Shown piece after piece: positions 60,448-64,000 of a DNA stretch of 64,000 nucleotides; within the stretch, counting starts at the first letter, position 1, and each line of letters begins with the position of its first letter. The position numbers were made by a program, and so were the translations under genes. The stretch spans positions 8,020 to 72,019 of the forward strand of contig JBGTGT010000054.1 of assembly GCA_041746575.1 (NCBI GenBank). Direction: 5' to 3'. Source of the DNA: Microcystaceae cyanobacterium. GTDB taxonomy: Bacteria; Cyanobacteriota; Cyanobacteriia; Cyanobacteriales; Microcystaceae. The notes beneath the pieces are model-generated. The model did not search any database, was not told the origin of the DNA, and saw nothing but the letters and a program-made list of their open reading frames with translations.

Positions 60448-61101
60448 ATGACATCCTATTATGCAACTTCATCAGCCAGAGCGGAAATGAGCGAACTCCG
60501 ACGGTTAAAATCCTTACTGCCCCCCGAATTACAAAGTTGGGTCATGGTAGAAGGGACGACAGAAATTAACCCTCCCCTGATTCGTAGCGAAGAACTGGGC
60601 AGAGATGAAATCGAAATTCAGATTGACTTAGCAAAATGGGAAAATCTTGCCACTGATCAGCGAAATTTGCTGTTTTGGCACGAAGTCGCCCGTATTCAAA
60701 ATGACACCATCCCCAGAGAAGGATGGGAAATGGCCGCCCTTGCTATTGGTTTAGGGGGTGCAGTGGGAGAATTATGGGTACAAGATGGCTTATTATTGTT
60801 GCTGGCGTTATCCCTGTGCGGAATTTCAGGATATCGCCTGTGGCAAAAGAACAATGGCGATCGCAAAACCAAAGAAGCGATCGAAGCCGATGAAAAAGCC
60901 ATTGCCTTAGCGACTCGTTTTGGCTATACTCTGCCTAATGCTTATAAAAGCTTAGGAAGTGCTTTTAAAACCCTAATTGAGCAAACCCCTAACCGTCGTC
61001 AAAAGAAATTCTATGAAACTCGCTTACAATCCCTCAGAAGCAGTGCAAAGAAAGCCAAAACGCGGATGGAGCAAGGACAAGAAACGTCCCTTAATCGTTA
61101 A
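60448..61101 (+). CDS. DUF3318 domain protein
   Basis: ELRRLKSLLPPELQSWV, QRNLLFWHEVARIQ and IEADEKA. Confidence 0.85.
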   Translation: MTSYYATSSARAEMSELRRLKSLLPPELQSWVMVEGTTEINPPLIRSEELGRDEIEIQIDLAKWENLATDQRNLLFWHEVARIQNDTIPREGWEMAALAIGLGGAVGELWVQDGLLLLLALSLCGISGYRLWQKNNGDRKTKEAIEADEKAIALATRFGYTLPNAYKSLGSAFKTLIEQTPNRRQKKFYETRLQSLRSSAKKAKTRMEQGQETSLNR

Positions 61102-61119
61102 TGTGTAACTCTACTGGAG

Positions 61120-62127
61120 ATGTCCATGATGACGACACATCCCCCTAACCTCCAATTCCCGACGATGTCAGAGAAGGGCTGTCTTACTATTCAAATGCCC
61201 GAACGACTGACGGTTTTAGAGTCTATCCAATTTAAGGAAACGTGTCATCACATCCTCAATCAATCCCCGTTACCCCCCCAAATTCGGCTTAATTTTTCTC
61301 AAACTCAATTTATGGACAGTAGCGGGGTGGGGGTCATCGTTCATCACTATAAAGCATCTCAAGAAAAGAACATTCCTTTGATCATTGATGAGGTTCGTCC
61401 GCCCGTAATGGCCATTTTGGAAATGACAGGATTAGCGGATATTCTGACGATTTCTCCCCCAAATTTTGCTGATTCATTCCAAGTCACTGATTATCCCACT
61501 TGCCATCTCCCGGAAACCCATCCTTCTGTAAAATCTAAGCTGAAGCGGTGGTTTGATATCCTTGGCAGTTTGGTCGGATTGGGTATTACCGCCATCCTTC
61601 TGGTTCCCATTGCCCTTGCTATTAAGCTAGAGAGTCCAGGCCCTCTTTTCTTTAGTCAAGTTCGCTGTGGCTGGTTAGGAAAACGCTTTAGGATTATTAA
61701 GTTTCGTTCCATGTGTATCAATGCAGAAGCCCTTAAACATACGGTCGCTAATGAAGCCGAAGGTGCATTCTTTAAAAATCAGCAAGATCCCCGTATTACC
61801 AAAGTCGGACGCTTCCTGCGCCGCACCAGCCTTGATGAGCTTCCTCAGTTTTTGAACGTATTACGAGGGGAGATGAGCTTAGTCGGGACTCGTCCTCCCA
61901 CCCCCGATGAAGTGGAAAGGTATGATGTTCCCCAGTGGCAACGTCTAAATGTCAAACCCGGTATGACAGGAGAATGGCAAGTTTATGGTCGTTCTCAAGT
62001 CAGGAATTTTGAGGAAGTTATCCAATTAGACTTACGTTATCAAGAAAATTGGAGTCTAATGTATGATTTGAGACTGATTCTTAAAACGATTTTGATTATT
62101 TTTAATAAAAATAGTGGCGCAGTCTAA
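61120..62127 (+). CDS. STAS (anti-anti-sigma) domain fused to priming sugar-phosphate transferase
   Basis: FMDSSGVG STAS motif, then KRWFDI, KFRSM, DPRITKVG, SLDELPQ, MSLVGTRP and KPGMTG. Confidence 0.92.
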   Translation: MSMMTTHPPNLQFPTMSEKGCLTIQMPERLTVLESIQFKETCHHILNQSPLPPQIRLNFSQTQFMDSSGVGVIVHHYKASQEKNIPLIIDEVRPPVMAILEMTGLADILTISPPNFADSFQVTDYPTCHLPETHPSVKSKLKRWFDILGSLVGLGITAILLVPIALAIKLESPGPLFFSQVRCGWLGKRFRIIKFRSMCINAEALKHTVANEAEGAFFKNQQDPRITKVGRFLRRTSLDELPQFLNVLRGEMSLVGTRPPTPDEVERYDVPQWQRLNVKPGMTGEWQVYGRSQVRNFEEVIQLDLRYQENWSLMYDLRLILKTILIIFNKNSGAV

Positions 62128-62563
62128 AGGTTGGGGGGAAAGGGCTTTGTGCAAACCATTCCGCCTACAAGTTCCCACCGATATCGAAGCGTTAAACGAC
62201 GTTTTACATTGGTTTGAAGCAGAGATTACGCCTTTTTTACCGAGGAGGTGCGGATGGGAATCCAAGCTTGCCCTTGCTGAAGGGTTTACCAACACCGTTT
62301 GTTATGCCCATCGAGATTTACCGTCAATAACACCCATTGATATAGAAATAGAGATATGCGACCGACAAATATACATGAAAATCTGGGATTTTGGGGATCC
62401 TTTTGATATGATGGCTAAATTGAAGAGTATCCAAACCAGTCAGCAAGACCCTTTAGCCAAAGAAAATGAGCGGGGTCTTTTTTTAATGAACGCCTTAACC
62501 ACCGAACTCCAATATCTTCGCATTGCCGACCGCAATTGTTTAATCATGCGCAAAGAATTTTAA
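62114..62563 (+). CDS. RsbW/SpoIIAB-like anti-sigma factor Ser kinase (HATPase_c)
   Basis: LALAEGFTN, IWDFG and ERGLFLM; overlaps the stop of the STAS fusion gene. Confidence 0.88.
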   Translation: MAQSKGWGERALCKPFRLQVPTDIEALNDVLHWFEAEITPFLPRRCGWESKLALAEGFTNTVCYAHRDLPSITPIDIEIEICDRQIYMKIWDFGDPFDMMAKLKSIQTSQQDPLAKENERGLFLMNALTTELQYLRIADRNCLIMRKEF

Positions 62564-62579
62564 GGGATTACCCTGTTTT

Positions 62580-62743
62580 AACGTGAGTTCGACCATCAGA
62601 AAATCTACAAGACTTCTTCATTTAATTTTTTTGTGCAGGGGGTTTGGGGGCTAGTCCCCCCATCAAGAATTTGTTTTTCTTTTCCTAATCCCAATGAGAA
62701 TGGACAAAAAAATTGGGATAATTGCCCTCGTCGAACTCACGTT
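62580..62743. mobile_element. 164-bp MITE with 14-bp perfect terminal inverted repeats and target duplication
   Basis: AACGTGAGTTCGAC ... GTCGAACTCACGTT, flanked by GTTTT on both sides (TGTTTTA if the TIR is read 1 nt shorter); no ORF. Confidence 0.88.
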
Positions 62744-62944
62744 GTTTTATTAGTCTCAGATGAGGTACATGATTGATGGTTGGGTTACGAGGTTTGCGCC
62801 CAGAGTTGTCTGATATTGACTCGCAATTGACTGTAAGTTACTAGGTCTCTTACCGATCGATTGTTAAGAGATTCTAAGAAGACATCTATAAAGCATCCTC
62901 TCTATGGCACGATCAGAAATGTTCAAATTGGCATAAAGGTGATT

Positions 62945-63580
62945 ATGGCTCTTCAATTAGGCGACGTTGTACCCGATTTTACGCAAGATACCAGCGAAGG
63001 AGCGATTTCTTTCCACGATTGGATTGGGGATAGCTGGGTAGTTCTCTTTTCTCACCCTGCCGATTATACTCCCGTTTGTACCACGGAATTAGGCACGGTA
63101 GCCAGTTTAAAACCCGAATTTGACAAACGCAATGTAAAAGTCATTGCCTTAAGCGTGGATGATGCCGATTCCCATCGCGGCTGGATTAATGATATTAACG
63201 AAACTCAAAACACGACCGTTAATTATCCTATTATTGCTGATCCCGATCGCAAAGTAGCAGATCTTTACGGGATGATTCACCCCAATTCTTTGAATAATTT
63301 GACCGTGAGATCGGTTTTCGTGATCGATCCTAGCAAAAAGTTACGATTAACTTTAACTTATCCTGCAAGTACGGGACGCAATTTTGATGAAATCTTACGC
63401 GTTATTGATTCTTTACAATTAACGGATTATCATCAAGTGGCAACCCCTGCTAACTGGAAAGATGGAGAGGATTGCGTAGTTGTTCCTTCCATTCCGACCG
63501 AAGAAGCAAAACAGAAATTCCCGAAAGGAGTTAAGGAAATTAAACCTTATTTACGCATGACGCCTCAACCGAATAAGTAA
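62945..63580 (+). CDS. 1-Cys peroxiredoxin (Prx6 family)
   Basis: FSHPADYTPVCTTE, YPASTGRNFDE and ATPANW; probable start ATG 62945. Confidence 0.95.
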   Translation: MALQLGDVVPDFTQDTSEGAISFHDWIGDSWVVLFSHPADYTPVCTTELGTVASLKPEFDKRNVKVIALSVDDADSHRGWINDINETQNTTVNYPIIADPDRKVADLYGMIHPNSLNNLTVRSVFVIDPSKKLRLTLTYPASTGRNFDEILRVIDSLQLTDYHQVATPANWKDGEDCVVVPSIPTEEAKQKFPKGVKEIKPYLRMTPQPNK

Positions 63581-63622
63581 ACAATTCAGGAAAGAGAACT
63601 GCACCACTTAATGTTTAAGATG

Positions 63623-63660
63623 ACCCAACGTTGTTATTTTTTAATCGCGTTGGGTTTTTT
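63623..63660 (+). terminator. Probable intrinsic terminator of the peroxiredoxin gene
   Basis: ACCCAACG...CGTTGGGT followed by a T run. Confidence 0.55.
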
Positions 63661-64000
63661 AATAGACCTCAAACATAAAGGTTAATCGGCTTTAAGATAA
63701 GTCCTTTAGACTTCCGTAAATTAAACGGATCGTTGGGGTACTTCACTGAGTATTAGTCGTTCTTGAGCTTTAAGATCGGTTTTTTAGAGGTTCAATTTTG
63801 AAACGAATCAATGGATTTTTAAGCCGTCGAAATGAGGGAGAAGCGATCAATCGCTACCCCATTCGTGACAACTTAAGACTGTAAGCCAGATGTCAAGGGA
63901 GTTTTAAAAAAGGGTTATCTCCAAAATCTTTACGCAGAAATAAGAGGATTGCTAGAAAAGAAAAACTCAGGAGTATTTCGTCGTTTTTCAGGGAAAGGTG

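Larger units (their letters stand above)
8069..60864. repeat. Dispersed HIP1 octamers (GCGATCGC), about 30 copies by eye
   Basis: Examples at 8069, 8938, 10704, 11544, 15921, 20035, 27251, 38961, 45026, 56525 and 60857. Cyanobacterial hallmark. Confidence 0.9.

Noticed and set aside
10926..62295. Numerous 60-100-aa ORFs nested in or antisense to long genes
   Set aside because: They overlap well-supported CDSs and lack motifs; treated as shadow ORFs.
62861..62944. N-terminal extension of the peroxiredoxin (and similar TTG/GTG extensions of hisB, mraY, ADC-like, AAA_35 and epimerase ORFs)
   Set aside because: Family-like sequence or the RBS starts at a downstream start codon; the extensions are ORF-caller artefacts.

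Overview
Chromosomal window from a unicellular cyanobacterium, probably Chroococcales-like: about 30 HIP1 GCGATCGC octamers by eye, plus ndhL, plqA, DUF3007/3110/2996/3134/3143/3318 and a tRNA-Leu(UAA) with a group I intron. Four blocks. (1) 1-7.6 kb: an apparently HIP1-free minus-strand run encoding an HTH-AAA_35 ATPase, an acetoacetate-decarboxylase-fold protein, a large FAD oxidoreductase and a Ser/Thr kinase-AAA ATPase hybrid that runs off the window. It is preceded by helically phased GAGAT repeats and a divergent, short HetZ-related gene. (2) 7.8-28.7 kb: mostly core genes (hisB, trnL with intron, ndhL, metH, glgP, KaiB-domain protein, Ntn acylase, plqA, mraY, DnaJ, class IV aminotransferase), two gene relics and a 107-bp IS200/IS605-type miniature element sitting on the plqA stop codon. 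(3) 28.7-57.5 kb: a 23-gene co-directional glycan cluster with many GT2/GT4 enzymes, several GT-C-like membrane proteins, a Wzx flippase and a HepA-like ABC exporter, GalE, a CDP-tyvelose-epimerase-like SDR, a eukaryote-type UGM-like flavoprotein, a Tat-GH10, methyltransferases and an HD-like protein. One gene carries an in-frame GC-rich palindromic insert. (4) 57.8-64 kb: a membrane protein, DUF3318, a STAS-sugar transferase fusion next to an RsbW-like kinase, a 164-bp MITE and a 1-Cys peroxiredoxin. Family calls come from recognising motifs by eye; no database search was run.
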